A stretch of 16,747 nt of DNA from Fidelibacterota bacterium. GTDB lineage: Bacteria; Fidelibacterota; Marinisomatia; Marinisomatales; JABMOV01. The stretch is from assembly GCA_046861395.1 (NCBI GenBank), contig JBHHUC010000048.1:1-16747 (forward strand), in the 5' to 3' direction. Below the pieces are notes generated by a model, which saw nothing but the letters and a program-made list of their open reading frames with translations, did no database searches and was not told the origin of the DNA. Below are positions 1 to 9,178 of this stretch, piece by piece. Positions within the stretch are counted from its first letter, which is position 1, and each line of letters opens with the position of its first letter. The position numbers and the translations under genes were made by a program.

Positions 1-1
1 G

Positions 2-349
2 GCCCCGCTGTACGGTACATATTCAGCCGCCAAGAGTTATGTGTTGTCTTTTTCCGAAGCATTGCATCATGAATTGAAACCAGCCGGAGTCCAGGTTTCT
101 GCCCTTTGTCCCGGTGTGACACGAACGGAATTCTTTGCGGCGGCGGGACAGAACCGGTTGACACTGTTTCAGAAACTTTCCATGATGGAAAGTGAAACGG
201 TAACCAGAATCGGGTTGCGGGCTTTGCTGGCAGGGAAACCATTTGTCATTGCCGGTCGCTGGAATCGTACTTTTATCTTTTGTTACCGTTTTCTACCTCG
301 GCGTCTTACCACGCTACTGGCCGCCCAGGCCATGCAAGGCGGTGACTGA
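2..349 (+). CDS. SDR-family (short-chain dehydrogenase/reductase) oxidoreductase, C-terminal part; 5' end lies outside the window
   Basis: The frame of ORF 41..349 is open back to base 2 (APLYGTYSAAKSYVLSFSEAL...). It has the catalytic YxxxK (YSAAK) followed by the typical SDR segment EL...GVQVSALCPGVTRTEF. Confidence 0.9.
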   Translation, partial: APLYGTYSAAKSYVLSFSEALHHELKPAGVQVSALCPGVTRTEFFAAAGQNRLTLFQKLSMMESETVTRIGLRALLAGKPFVIAGRWNRTFIFCYRFLPRRLTTLLAAQAMQGGD

Positions 350-394
350 TGAAATCTTTCCTGAGGGAAAACCTGTTTGGAGAAATGTCAATAG

Positions 395-874
395 ATGAAA
401 TATTCCATCTGTCATCTGGCTAATGCAGTTCATGTCATTCCCACTCTGTCCCAATGGTTACTGGATCAATGGGGCTATCTACATGTCAATGATTCCATTG
501 ACCGCCGTCGGGCCATCCTTCATAGTCATTTAAACCGGGAAAATATTCCGTTCTCTTTTGTTGCCCTTGACGGCGACGATCCTCTGGGATCCGCCAGCGT
601 TGTGGAGCGCGACATTCCCGGTCGTCCCGATTTATCGCCCTGTGTAGCCAGTGTTTATGTTCATCGGCCCTATCGCCAACAGGGAGTGGGATCGGCCTTA
701 ATGAAGGCCGTCACCGCCCATGCTCATGGGTTGGGATATGATAAATTATACCTCTTTACGTGGGATCAGGAAAAGCTCTATGCCGCGCTGGGCTGGGAAA
801 CTGTGGGAAGGTCCACCTATCGTGGGGAACCGATTGTCATCATGGGTTGGGAAAGCAAAGCCGTTTCGAATTGA
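395..874 (+). CDS. GNAT-family N-acetyltransferase
   Basis: 159 aa; acetyl-CoA-binding motif A (VASVYVHRPYRQQGVGSALM) and C-terminal LYLFT...LYAALGW; GGAGA upstream at 379-383. Confidence 0.88.
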   Translation: MKYSICHLANAVHVIPTLSQWLLDQWGYLHVNDSIDRRRAILHSHLNRENIPFSFVALDGDDPLGSASVVERDIPGRPDLSPCVASVYVHRPYRQQGVGSALMKAVTAHAHGLGYDKLYLFTWDQEKLYAALGWETVGRSTYRGEPIVIMGWESKAVSN

Positions 875-948
875 CCGGCGTAAAGACAAGTGTGTTGCTG
901 TTGGTATTTGATTCAACCCAGGCCATGCACGAATTGGTCCGGGTGGAA

Positions 949-1506
949 TTAACCGGTCTTGTGAACGGTGGACGCCCGAATATATAATAACGCCGCTATC
1001 AGGAATAGTGGGGAGAAAAAAGCACTCACGACAAATATCTGCCCCACCCCCGGTGACCAGGATATAACGGGCGGCGGCCAGAGAAAATAGGCCAGGGTGG
1101 GTATAAAGAGTTGGACCGTGGCAGCCGTTCCCAGCGTGACCGCCATTCCTTTCGGGTGGAAGCGGGAGAACACGGCCCCGGCAACAATGATTACCAACAC
1201 AGCACCGTAGAGCAGATTGACCGATTGCCCTTCGTTGCCAATGAGGCCCACGGCGGCATTGATCCAGAACAGAAGCAACATACCAACCAGGGCAATTCCG
1301 CTGGCGATCCGGTAGAGAGTTGTACCCGCACGGGCCGCCAGAAATTCCCAGGCCCCGGCCAGAGCCAGGAGGAGGGTCCCCATGAGGAAAAAATCAAAGC
1401 CATCCCATTGCACTTCATCCGTGAATTGCATGGTAATTAGTGGAATGGATAGTAAGACGATAATGACACCAACCCATGAGAGAATATGCGACTTATTTAG
1501 CTTCAT
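949..1506 (-). CDS. Hypothetical integral membrane protein (about 6 TM helices)
   Basis: 185 aa of alternating hydrophobic stretches. The segments IPLITMQFTDEVQWDGFDF and LLFWINAAVGLIG resemble a widespread uncharacterised family (from memory). SD AGAGGA just upstream of the ATG. Confidence 0.8.
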   Translation of the reverse strand: MKLNKSHILSWVGVIIVLLSIPLITMQFTDEVQWDGFDFFLMGTLLLALAGAWEFLAARAGTTLYRIASGIALVGMLLLFWINAAVGLIGNEGQSVNLLYGAVLVIIVAGAVFSRFHPKGMAVTLGTAATVQLFIPTLAYFLWPPPVISWSPGVGQIFVVSAFFSPLFLIAALLYIRASTVHKTG

Positions 1507-1534
1507 GGTTTCCTCTATTCCTGAGTGTTTCTAC

Positions 1535-1561
1535 TATACACAACGAGGTGCCGGGAGTTCC
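1535..1561 (-). promoter_or_regulatory. Possible ECF-sigma-type promoter for the membrane protein gene
   Basis: Minus strand reads GGAAC-N17-GTATA, ending about 28 nt upstream of the ATG at 1506. This matches the general ECF -35 'GAAC' / -10 'GT' layout, but the motif is short and could be chance. Confidence 0.25.
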
Positions 1562-1898
1562 AACATTTAGAAATGAAAGTGGATGATGAGGTTAGTTACC
1601 GGGGAATGACCTATTAATATCGTGAACATAGAAAAATCGCAGATATGGTAAGAATGAAAATTCTCTCCGTTGGTAGTTCGGTTGTTCCCCCATTTCGTGA
1701 GGCCGCCAACCCCGGGGAGAACCCCAGGAAATAGATCGGCTTGAAAAGGCCATTTTTTATGCGATTGAGTCCAACAATTTTAGCGACGGTCAGGTAGTTA
1801 AACCGTATCCGGCCTAAAAACGTAGCGGAGCTGGTTTGCTTGTGCATGAGAATCATGAGGTGTAAATTTTCCCATCACCCTCTTGCTCAAGTGATATC

Positions 1899-2582
1899 AT
1901 GAATACATTTACCGGTTTTCCTGCGGACACGCTTCCCTTCCTGTCTAAGCTGAAGGACAACAACGACCGTTCCTGGTTTGAAGCACAAAAGCCCCGGTTC
2001 CGGGTCATTCAGACGGCAGCACAGGAATTCATTTCCGCCATGGATGCCGCTCTGAAATCTATTGCGCCGGAGTTGGGTGGTGATCCCCGTCTTAACGGTT
2101 CCGGATCACTCTTTCGCATTTACCGGGATGTGCGGTTCAGCAAGGATAAATCACCCTATAAAACCCGCCTGGGAATTCTGTTCTGGGACCTTAAAAAGAA
2201 GAAAATGACACATCCCGGCTTCTATCTCCATATCGACCCACTCCGGCTGGGACTGTATTGTGGTTTATATAAATTTTCAACCGATGTTCTGACGCGCTAC
2301 CGGGAAGCCGTCGCAGATGATAAACAAGGTAGTGAATTAAGCTCCATTCTCAGAGTCGGAGCCGAAAGGGGCTTTCGCCTGGCCGAACCCCATTATAAAC
2401 GAACGCCGCCCGGATATGATGTACCCCCGGATCGGCTCCCCTTACTATTGAACAACGTTATGTATTTTCGTTACGATGTTCCGCAACCGGATGTACTGTT
2501 CACACCGGAGTTGATTCCGTTTGTCCTGGATATTTGGACGACCATGGCGCCTCTGTATCACTGGCTTAAACCGCTGGCCTGA
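1899..2582 (+). CDS. DUF2461 / TIGR02453-family protein
   Basis: Signature segments FL..LKDNNDRSWF and LFRIYRDVRFSKDKSPYKT, plus PGFYLHI and YKRTPPGY. Confidence 0.9.
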   Translation: MNTFTGFPADTLPFLSKLKDNNDRSWFEAQKPRFRVIQTAAQEFISAMDAALKSIAPELGGDPRLNGSGSLFRIYRDVRFSKDKSPYKTRLGILFWDLKKKKMTHPGFYLHIDPLRLGLYCGLYKFSTDVLTRYREAVADDKQGSELSSILRVGAERGFRLAEPHYKRTPPGYDVPPDRLPLLLNNVMYFRYDVPQPDVLFTPELIPFVLDIWTTMAPLYHWLKPLA

Positions 2583-3687
2583 AGCGGCGGGCCTTTTCCA
2601 GGCGCTCCCCAATCGGCGGGTGGGAGTAGAACAACATTTTGATCCACGCGGCTGGGTAGGCATTGGACAAATTGCGGTTTGCCAGTCCGGCCATGGCGGC
2701 CTGGAAGGCCGCAGGATTGCAGGTGAGGTTCAGGGCCGTATCATCAGCTTGTCGCTCAAAGTACCGTGACAGAGCCAGGTTCAGCGGACCGAACAGCAAG
2801 GTGGACAAACCACCGTACGCCAGAAGAAAGGCCGGCATAAGCGTCAGGGTATCTATCAGTGAGCCGGTGAAGACGGGAAACATCGCCTGCAGGATACGAT
2901 GAATCAGGTAAAACAGGATAATTTGTTGTCCGGTGCCGAGCAAAATATTCTTCCAGATATGTCGGTCCCGGTGGTGCCCCACTTCGTGGGCCAGGACCGT
3001 TTCGATTTCTTCCGGTGACATATTATTCAGCAGGTTATCCCCCAGGACTACCCGTCGCGTGCGCCCCATTCCGGCCAGAAAGGCATTCTCCTTCTTAGTC
3101 TGCCGGCTCATATCACTGATAAAAAATCCACTGGCATGTAACCGACCCTTGGCCAGAATCCGGGTCAGACGTTGACGCAAGTTTTCATCATCCATAGGCC
3201 GGTATTTATTGAAGAGGGGTAGAATAAGGACCGGAAACAGGGTAGCAAAAATTACCCCAATCAATGCTGTGGCCAAGCCGGCGATCAGCCACCAGTAATC
3301 CGGCGCCATTATCATAACTGCGGTTAATAGTCCTAATAAAAGGGGCATGAGCAGGAGTCCCACCAGAAACGATTTTATCTCATCACCGAACCAGGAACGA
3401 AATGTCTGGTTGGAAAACCCCCATTTCTTTTCCAGGATGAAGCCGGAATACCAATCCGGTATCAGGCCGGCCAGGGCCAGCAAGCTGTATAGAATGGCCA
3501 GATAGCGTAGTGTAATCACCGGTCCTGATCCGCCGCCGGATATCACGATTCTTTCATTAATGCCACTAAAGAATATGATGAGAAGAAGCAGGAAGGAGAA
3601 ACATCCGGACAGGAGTCCGGCCCACCGTTTGTCCTTTTCATAGCGTCGGGCCAGGGTTTGCTTTTCCGGATCCAGAAGGGGATGCAT
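2566..3687 (-). CDS. M48-family membrane zinc metallopeptidase, Ste24/CAAX prenyl protease 1-like
   Basis: HExxH in VLAHEVGH; NAFLAGMGRTRRVVLGD; third ligand region SRYFERQAD; C-terminal YSHPP..ERL; multiple TM helices, with LEKKWGFSNQT..SWFGD..K typical of the M48 N-domain. Confidence 0.93.
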   Translation of the reverse strand: MHPLLDPEKQTLARRYEKDKRWAGLLSGCFSFLLLLIIFFSGINERIVISGGGSGPVITLRYLAILYSLLALAGLIPDWYSGFILEKKWGFSNQTFRSWFGDEIKSFLVGLLLMPLLLGLLTAVMIMAPDYWWLIAGLATALIGVIFATLFPVLILPLFNKYRPMDDENLRQRLTRILAKGRLHASGFFISDMSRQTKKENAFLAGMGRTRRVVLGDNLLNNMSPEEIETVLAHEVGHHRDRHIWKNILLGTGQQIILFYLIHRILQAMFPVFTGSLIDTLTLMPAFLLAYGGLSTLLFGPLNLALSRYFERQADDTALNLTCNPAAFQAAMAGLANRNLSNAYPAAWIKMLFYSHPPIGERLEKARRFRPAV

Positions 3688-4295
3688 CAGGCCTGGAGCA
3701 CGTCCCTAATCAGGCCGGCCACTGATACGGGAATCTTATGTCCTGCCGGATAGGTGGTAAGCCGGATATCATAGCCGAGATTTTGGAACAGGTCCCGGGC
3801 CTGTTCTCCGGCCGCCACCGGAACGATATCATCGTTTTGTCCGTGAAAAAGGTGGACGGGAGTTGACCGACTGGCCAGGGTGGCATCCCGGATGAAATGA
3901 TCGGGAAACTTGACAAAACCGGCAATGGGAAAAATGCCGCCCAGCCGGTAATTCTGCCGGATCATGAAATCCATGGATAGGCAGGCGCCTTGGGAAAATC
4001 CCAGTAAATAAATTTGTTCATACTCAAATCCTTCGTCGCGGAGATGTTGAATTAATTCCGTCAGAAGATCAAAGGACTCTTCATAAGTCCAGCCATCCTT
4101 ATCATTGCCCTGGAACCAGGTATAGCCACGGCCTTTCCGGTCGGCATAAGGGGCTCGGGGAAAATACCAGGATGTATGGTGGGATCGGATGCCAATGACG
4201 AAAGGCCGGAGGGCATGTTCATCCCCGGTGTAGCCATGAATGGCAATGACGGCATTGAAGGCCGTATCGCGGGCTGGTAATGTTTCCAGGATCAT
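3687..4295 (-). CDS. Alpha/beta hydrolase, phospholipase/carboxylesterase (Abhydrolase_2-like)
   Basis: HG oxyanion motif (IHGYTG), nucleophile elbow GFSQG, Asp in HGQNDDIVP, His in AGHKI; the triad is intact. Confidence 0.9.
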   Translation of the reverse strand: MILETLPARDTAFNAVIAIHGYTGDEHALRPFVIGIRSHHTSWYFPRAPYADRKGRGYTWFQGNDKDGWTYEESFDLLTELIQHLRDEGFEYEQIYLLGFSQGACLSMDFMIRQNYRLGGIFPIAGFVKFPDHFIRDATLASRSTPVHLFHGQNDDIVPVAAGEQARDLFQNLGYDIRLTTYPAGHKIPVSVAGLIRDVLQA

Positions 4296-4568
4296 TCAGA
4301 GCTCATATTGGTTGCAGCAACAATCGTCCACAACATTCACCGTTTCCAGGTCCAGTGATGTTCCGTCCGATTGAAATTTGAACTGAATACATTCATCGAT
4401 ACTGATTCCAAGGGAGCCCAGTTCCGGCGCATCATTTTCCGTAACGGTGCGGTAAAAATAGCCTGATTCAGGTCCGCCGCCACAATCTTTGCAGGCCGGA
4501 TCGGAAGAGGAACAGGCTCCGGCCAGAAGGACCAGGATTACTGGAAGAAACAGGTATTTTATTCTCAT
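4296..4568 (-). CDS. Small cysteine-rich predicted lipoprotein
   Basis: Likely start ATG at 4568 after GAGGAG (alternative start 4580). Signal MRIKYLFLPVILVLLAGA-C with lipobox-like end; six further Cys (CKDC, C, CCC). It fills the gap between the flanking operon genes. Confidence 0.75.
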   Translation of the reverse strand: MRIKYLFLPVILVLLAGACSSSDPACKDCGGGPESGYFYRTVTENDAPELGSLGISIDECIQFKFQSDGTSLDLETVNVVDDCCCNQYEL

Positions 4569-4576
4569 TGCACTCC

Positions 4577-5254
4577 TCATGGTTTGCGGGATGACTCAAA
4601 GGCGGCCATCCGATGGATAAAATCGTTTTCATCATGGGCCTGGAGCAGGGGACTGATGGTGATATTCTCCTCAATCGTTACCCAGGGTTTTATGCCATAA
4701 TCATGTCCCGGAAATATAAGCGTATCGGGTGGCAGCGTCAGCAATTTAAAATACACGGAATGATAAAGCTGGGTCGTATCAGCGGCTGGATCCGTCGTTC
4801 GTCCGGTGCGTCCCACAAAGAGCGTATCGCCGGTAAAGAGAGTCGACTGATAATAGAACGATAATGAATCGGGATAATGTCCCGGCGTAGCCAGGACTCG
4901 GATCATGTCATCATCCAGGGCAATGATATCGCCATCGGACAGGTGCTGATATAATCGTCCCGGGAATGACAGACTCGCGCTGTAAATCATGGCTCCGGGA
5001 GACATTCGCATGTAATCGTCAAGACAGGCCAGGTGATCACCGTGTCCATGTGTAATAAGGATACCTTTCAGGGCAGCAGAAGGCGGTGGGGAAAAGGATT
5101 CCGGCGGCAGGGCCGGATCAATGAGCCATTGATGGCCGGTACGCTCCTGCGTCAACAGGTAACTGAGATTTTTGTCATAGCCGCCACAGGCCGCCTGGAT
5201 CCGCAGGCCAGTAAAATGAGATGGAATATGGTAACGATCTAGGTAACTGTGCAT
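4577..5254 (-). CDS. MBL-fold metallo-hydrolase (glyoxalase II / hydroxyacylglutathione hydrolase-like)
   Basis: THGHGDH (HxHxDH), TPGH, LFTGDTLFVG..GRT and IFPGHDYG motifs. Confidence 0.92.
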   Translation of the reverse strand: MHSYLDRYHIPSHFTGLRIQAACGGYDKNLSYLLTQERTGHQWLIDPALPPESFSPPPSAALKGILITHGHGDHLACLDDYMRMSPGAMIYSASLSFPGRLYQHLSDGDIIALDDDMIRVLATPGHYPDSLSFYYQSTLFTGDTLFVGRTGRTTDPAADTTQLYHSVYFKLLTLPPDTLIFPGHDYGIKPWVTIEENITISPLLQAHDENDFIHRMAAFESSRKP

Positions 5255-5345
5255 GCCGTTTTTCCGTTGAAAACACCGTAGAATTTAGTAAAATTGACGG
5301 AAGGGAAATGATACATCACTCACTTAATCAGACAGGAGAATGTAA

Positions 5346-5558
5346 ATGAAGCAAACGGGATTTTATTTAATCATAGGCGGGGCCGTTGTTTTGATTCTGG
5401 CATTTGTGAAAAGCATTATCACATTTATCGTCGGCCATCCCATTACAGGATTGGCCATCGCAGCTGTAATTATAGGCGTATTGCTGGTCTTTTATTCGGT
5501 CTTTCAGGAATCGCAATCCGATAAGAAAAACGAACCATTCAGGGATATTGAATCATGA
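5346..5558 (+). CDS. Small two-helix membrane protein, hypothetical
   Basis: 70 aa, two hydrophobic helices and a charged tail; SD AGGAG upstream; ATGA overlap with the next gene. Confidence 0.75.
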   Translation: MKQTGFYLIIGGAVVLILAFVKSIITFIVGHPITGLAIAAVIIGVLLVFYSVFQESQSDKKNEPFRDIES

Positions 5559-5875
5559 TCATAGCGACCACGGAACAAGTTGCCGGTTACGATATTACCG
5601 ATCATCTGGGTATTGTCGTCGGTAATACGATTCGCGCTAAAAATATCGGCCGTGATTTAAAAGCCGTCCTGCGTACCGTGGTCGGAGGTGAAATCAAGGA
5701 ATACACATCCCTGATGGCCGAAGCGCGGGAACAGGCCTTAATGCGGCTCAAGGAAAAAGCCGAAGTCCTCGGTGCCGATGCCGTTATCGGTCTACGTTTC
5801 CAAACCTCCATGGTCATGGCCGGGGCCTCGGAATTACTGGTCTATGGCAACGCCGTAAAACTCCAAAAAAAATAG
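5555..5875 (+). CDS. YbjQ / UPF0145 family protein (putative heavy-metal-binding)
   Basis: 106 aa with family pattern LGIVVG...NIGRD..A.LR..VGGEI..YT.L...AREQA..R....A..LGADAV.G.RF...ELLVYGNAVKL. Confidence 0.92.
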   Translation: MIIATTEQVAGYDITDHLGIVVGNTIRAKNIGRDLKAVLRTVVGGEIKEYTSLMAEAREQALMRLKEKAEVLGADAVIGLRFQTSMVMAGASELLVYGNAVKLQKK

Positions 5876-5959
5876 CGTACTTTATATTTTAAACAAGATA
5901 AGTCCTTACACTGTGGCGTAAATTTGCCGGTTTTCTAACCGTCTGAAGAAAGGACTACC

Positions 5960-6661
5960 ATGCGAATATTTTTTCTGGCCTCCCTGCTCATTTTTCTGGC
6001 AGGCTGCGGCACGAATAGCAATTCAACCCAAAATGCAGATGTAAAACTGGAAAATCACCAGGATTCCATCAGTTATTCTATCGGGATGGACATCGCTTCC
6101 AGCTTTTCCGCGCAATCGGTGGATGTAAACCCCGATGCATTTGTCCAGGGTTTTATGACCAAGTACAGTGGCAATGATACCAAACTGAGTGAAGAGGACA
6201 TGCGCAATGTCTTAATGGCATTCCGACAGGAATTGCGGCAGAAACAACAGGAAGAAGCCAAATTAAAGGCTGAGGCCAATTTGAAAGCCGGGGAAGAATT
6301 CCTGGCTGAAAACCGAACCAAGGAAGGTGTCGTTGAAACGGAATCGGGATTGCAATATAAAGTCCTGAAATCAGTGGACGGACCATCCCCCACCGCCACG
6401 GACCGGGTTAAGGTGCATTATACGGGTCGTCTCCTGGACGGGACCGTATTTGACAGTTCGGTAGAACGGGGGCAACCGGCGACATTCCGGGTGAATGGCG
6501 TGATCAAGGGCTGGACGGAAGCATTGCAGCTCATGCGGGTCGGTGAGAAATGGGAATTGTATATTCCCGGTAACCTGGCCTACGGTGAGCGGGGCAGCGG
6601 CGGGAAAATCGAACCCAATGCACTGCTGATCTTCGAAGTCGAACTCCTGGGTATTGAGTAG
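5960..6661 (+). CDS. FKBP-type peptidyl-prolyl cis-trans isomerase (FkpA/Mip/FklB-like), predicted lipoprotein
   Basis: Lipobox LAGC; N-terminal dimerisation domain [12 protein letters not shown] domain [50 protein letters not shown]. Confidence 0.96.
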   Translation: MRIFFLASLLIFLAGCGTNSNSTQNADVKLENHQDSISYSIGMDIASSFSAQSVDVNPDAFVQGFMTKYSGNDTKLSEEDMRNVLMAFRQELRQKQQEEAKLKAEANLKAGEEFLAENRTKEGVVETESGLQYKVLKSVDGPSPTATDRVKVHYTGRLLDGTVFDSSVERGQPATFRVNGVIKGWTEALQLMRVGEKWELYIPGNLAYGERGSGGKIEPNALLIFEVELLGIE

Positions 6662-6666
6662 GTCTC

Positions 6667-7317
6667 ATGAAATCGTTATCGTTTATCCTGCTGCTGTCAT
6701 TTGCGGTAGGACAAAATCTGCAACTGCATTATGAATTAGACCAGAACAGGCGTTACCTCGTATCCACGTTGGAAATGTTCCAGCCGGATAATTGGGGGTC
6801 AACCTTTTGGTTTGTCGATATTCAGTACAATGATACCGGGACGAAAAGTGCTTCCCTGGCCTACCTGGAACTGGCTCGTTATTTTCGATTCCCTTTCGGG
6901 GATAAAATCCAAACAACGATCCAGTACAATGACGGTCTGGCCCTTGGTTATGGCTTAGGACAGATCTGGCTGGGGGGTCTCAATTCCCGCGTGGAACTCC
7001 CACTTTTACCCCTAACGGTTGATATTCTGTATCGCCACCAGTCAGGAACGACGTCCCATGATGTTCAGCTCACCGGTGTATGGTTTCAGCCGTTTTTACA
7101 TGGCAAAGCCACTTTCACCGGATTCTTTGACCTCTGGACTGCGGATCGGTCCGAGTCAAGTGGGAAAGACTGGATCTTTCTCAGTGAACCCCAGCTCTGG
7201 TATGGCCTGTCGTCCCAATTGGCCGTAGGGGGAGAAGTTCATATTTCCTATAATTTTCCCCTTCCTAATCAATCCTGGGATTTCTATCCAACCCTGGCAG
7301 TGAAATGGGAATTCTGA
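6667..7317 (+). CDS. DUF5020-family outer-membrane beta-barrel (Tsx-like nucleoside channel fold, putative)
   Basis: Signal peptide then QNLQLHY..., STLEMFQPDNWGSTFWFVD, DVQLTGVW, FTGFFDLW, FLSEPQLWY, VGGEV..SYNF; ends PTLAVKWEF (beta-signal with terminal Phe). Family recognised from memory of its motifs. Confidence 0.8.
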   Translation: MKSLSFILLLSFAVGQNLQLHYELDQNRRYLVSTLEMFQPDNWGSTFWFVDIQYNDTGTKSASLAYLELARYFRFPFGDKIQTTIQYNDGLALGYGLGQIWLGGLNSRVELPLLPLTVDILYRHQSGTTSHDVQLTGVWFQPFLHGKATFTGFFDLWTADRSESSGKDWIFLSEPQLWYGLSSQLAVGGEVHISYNFPLPNQSWDFYPTLAVKWEF

Positions 7318-7338
7318 TCCGATTCTGACAGATGAAAT

Positions 7339-7364
7339 AGAATGCCCGCCTTGGCGGGCATTCT
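7339..7364 (+). terminator. Stem-loop after DUF5020, probable intrinsic terminator
   Basis: Perfect inverted repeat AGAATGCCCGC-CTTG-GCGGGCATTCT starting 22 nt after the stop; the U-tract is weak. Confidence 0.6.
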
Positions 7365-7495
7365 GCTATTCGGTGGTCCCCGGAGGGGACGGGACTGGAT
7401 TGGGGCACAGGAATCCTTGGTACAATTATTTTTTATTCCGCTTCCCGGAATGTTAATAGATTATCCCGGCCTGAAATGGAGAATACAGGATATTC

Positions 7496-9178
7496 ATGAC
7501 AAAACGTAACCAGGAATTATTGCTTCCCACCGACCCAGCACGGATCAGGGATTTGCTGGAACGGGCCGGGATCGGTCGCTGGGAATGGGAAATTGCGACG
7601 GGTAATATCCGCTGGGATACAGTCCTGACCGGAATAGCCGGCTGGCCGGAGGAGGAGGCTCCGGACATTGATGTTCTGAAATCAATGATAGATCCCATTG
7701 ACCGGCGACGACTGGCCGCCGTGGTGAACGATATGCTGAATAACGGACACGGAAAAATCCAACTACGGTTCCAACGGCAGGATGGGGATTTACGGTATGT
7801 AAGCATAGACGGCATTGTGGAATTCGATCCCGACAAATCACCGAAACGGGCTTTCGGCTATGTCCAGGATTTGACGGCTCTACACATGGCTGAAATTGAA
7901 ATTGAAAAAAAGAACGATGATCTGATAATCATTAATTATATCAATGAAAAATTGAACAGTGGGGCCGAACTGAAATCGATTTACCAGGATATCCTGGACT
8001 GGTTTTCCTTTCAATTTCATTCCTCCGGTCTGGCCATCGGGTACCGGAATGAAACTGATGCCATCATTCGTATTGTATTTCAGTCGTTTAAGGACCTGGG
8101 GCCGTATAAAACAAAAATGATCAACGGTTTTCCCTCTGAAATACGGATTGACAACAGTCCCGTGCATCAGGACATCATGAAAACCAGACGCATGAAGGGC
8201 ATACCTTTTTCCGTCCTCTGGCATGACATTTCTCCGGGACAGATACCGCTTCAGGTTTCCTTGCTGGAGGATGACAATCCTTCCCCTGATTCAGGTGAAA
8301 GTTTGGACCAGGTCTGGCTGGTTCCTCTCTTTATCGAGGAAAATATTATCGGCATTATCTATGTGTTCGGCCTGAGGGCCTTGACGGTGAAGGACCAGTT
8401 ACGTATTGAAGCAATTTCCAATCAGATTTCCGGGATCGTGGTGCGAAAACGAACCGAAGACCGGATCCGGTTTCAGCGTAAGGAATTAAGTCGTCTGTCT
8501 CAGCGACTGTTTCAGGTTCAGGAGGAAGAAAGGCGCAATTTATCCCTGGAATTGCACGATGAACTGGGCCAGTCCCTGACGGCCATGCGGATTAATCTGT
8601 CAGCCGTACAGCAGGCGGTGGAGCAGGTGGCCGATGAACGCACGCTGGCCCGCATCCGGGATACAATCCGGATGATTGATGAAAAGGAAGAACAGATTCG
8701 TGATATTTCCCTACTCCTGCGGCCTTCCATGCTGGATGACCTGGGACTGGAACCTACCCTGGAATGGTATATCAATTATTATAAAAAACGAAATAAGGAG
8801 TCAGTCCGCTTTCATTATAATTTACAGAATACTGTTCTTCCCCCTGATGTGGACGTTGTCTTGTACCGGGTCATTCAGGAAGCATTGACGAATATTTCCC
8901 GCCATGCCAGGGCCACCCGGATTACCATCCAATTGATGGAACGGGAAAAGGAAATCCTGGTGGAAATTCGTGATAATGGCATTGGTTTTGATTCCCGTGA
9001 AATCCTGACTCACCACGGTAAGCGCAAGACTGCCGGTCTGGTGGGAATGCACGAACGGGTGAAAATGGTAACCGGATCCCTGGACATATTATCCATACCC
9101 AACAAAGGAACCACGATTCGTATCCTGATTCCGAAGGAGAAAACACATGACGAAAATTTCCGTCCTGATCGCCGATGA
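7496..9178 (+). CDS. Cytoplasmic sensor histidine kinase: PAS + GAF-like + HisKA_3 + HATPase_c (NarX/UhpB class)
   Basis: PAS-type start GIGRWEWEIATGNIRWD...IDPIDR...GYVQDLT; H-box QEEERRNLSLELHDELGQSLT; LRPSMLDDLGL; N-box QEALTNISRHA; G1 DNGIGFD; G2 GLVGMHERV; no TM segment. Confidence 0.93.
   Translation: MTKRNQELLLPTDPARIRDLLERAGIGRWEWEIATGNIRWDTVLTGIAGWPEEEAPDIDVLKSMIDPIDRRRLAAVVNDMLNNGHGKIQLRFQRQDGDLRYVSIDGIVEFDPDKSPKRAFGYVQDLTALHMAEIEIEKKNDDLIIINYINEKLNSGAELKSIYQDILDWFSFQFHSSGLAIGYRNETDAIIRIVFQSFKDLGPYKTKMINGFPSEIRIDNSPVHQDIMKTRRMKGIPFSVLWHDISPGQIPLQVSLLEDDNPSPDSGESLDQVWLVPLFIEENIIGIIYVFGLRALTVKDQLRIEAISNQISGIVVRKRTEDRIRFQRKELSRLSQRLFQVQEEERRNLSLELHDELGQSLTAMRINLSAVQQAVEQVADERTLARIRDTIRMIDEKEEQIRDISLLLRPSMLDDLGLEPTLEWYINYYKKRNKESVRFHYNLQNTVLPPDVDVVLYRVIQEALTNISRHARATRITIQLMEREKEILVEIRDNGIGFDSREILTHHGKRKTAGLVGMHERVKMVTGSLDILSIPNKGTTIRILIPKEKTHDENFRPDRR

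Noticed and set aside
1614..1856. 80-aa minus-strand ORF in the intergenic gap
   Set aside because: No SD, no recognisable motif, and it lies in a divergent promoter region; probably spurious.
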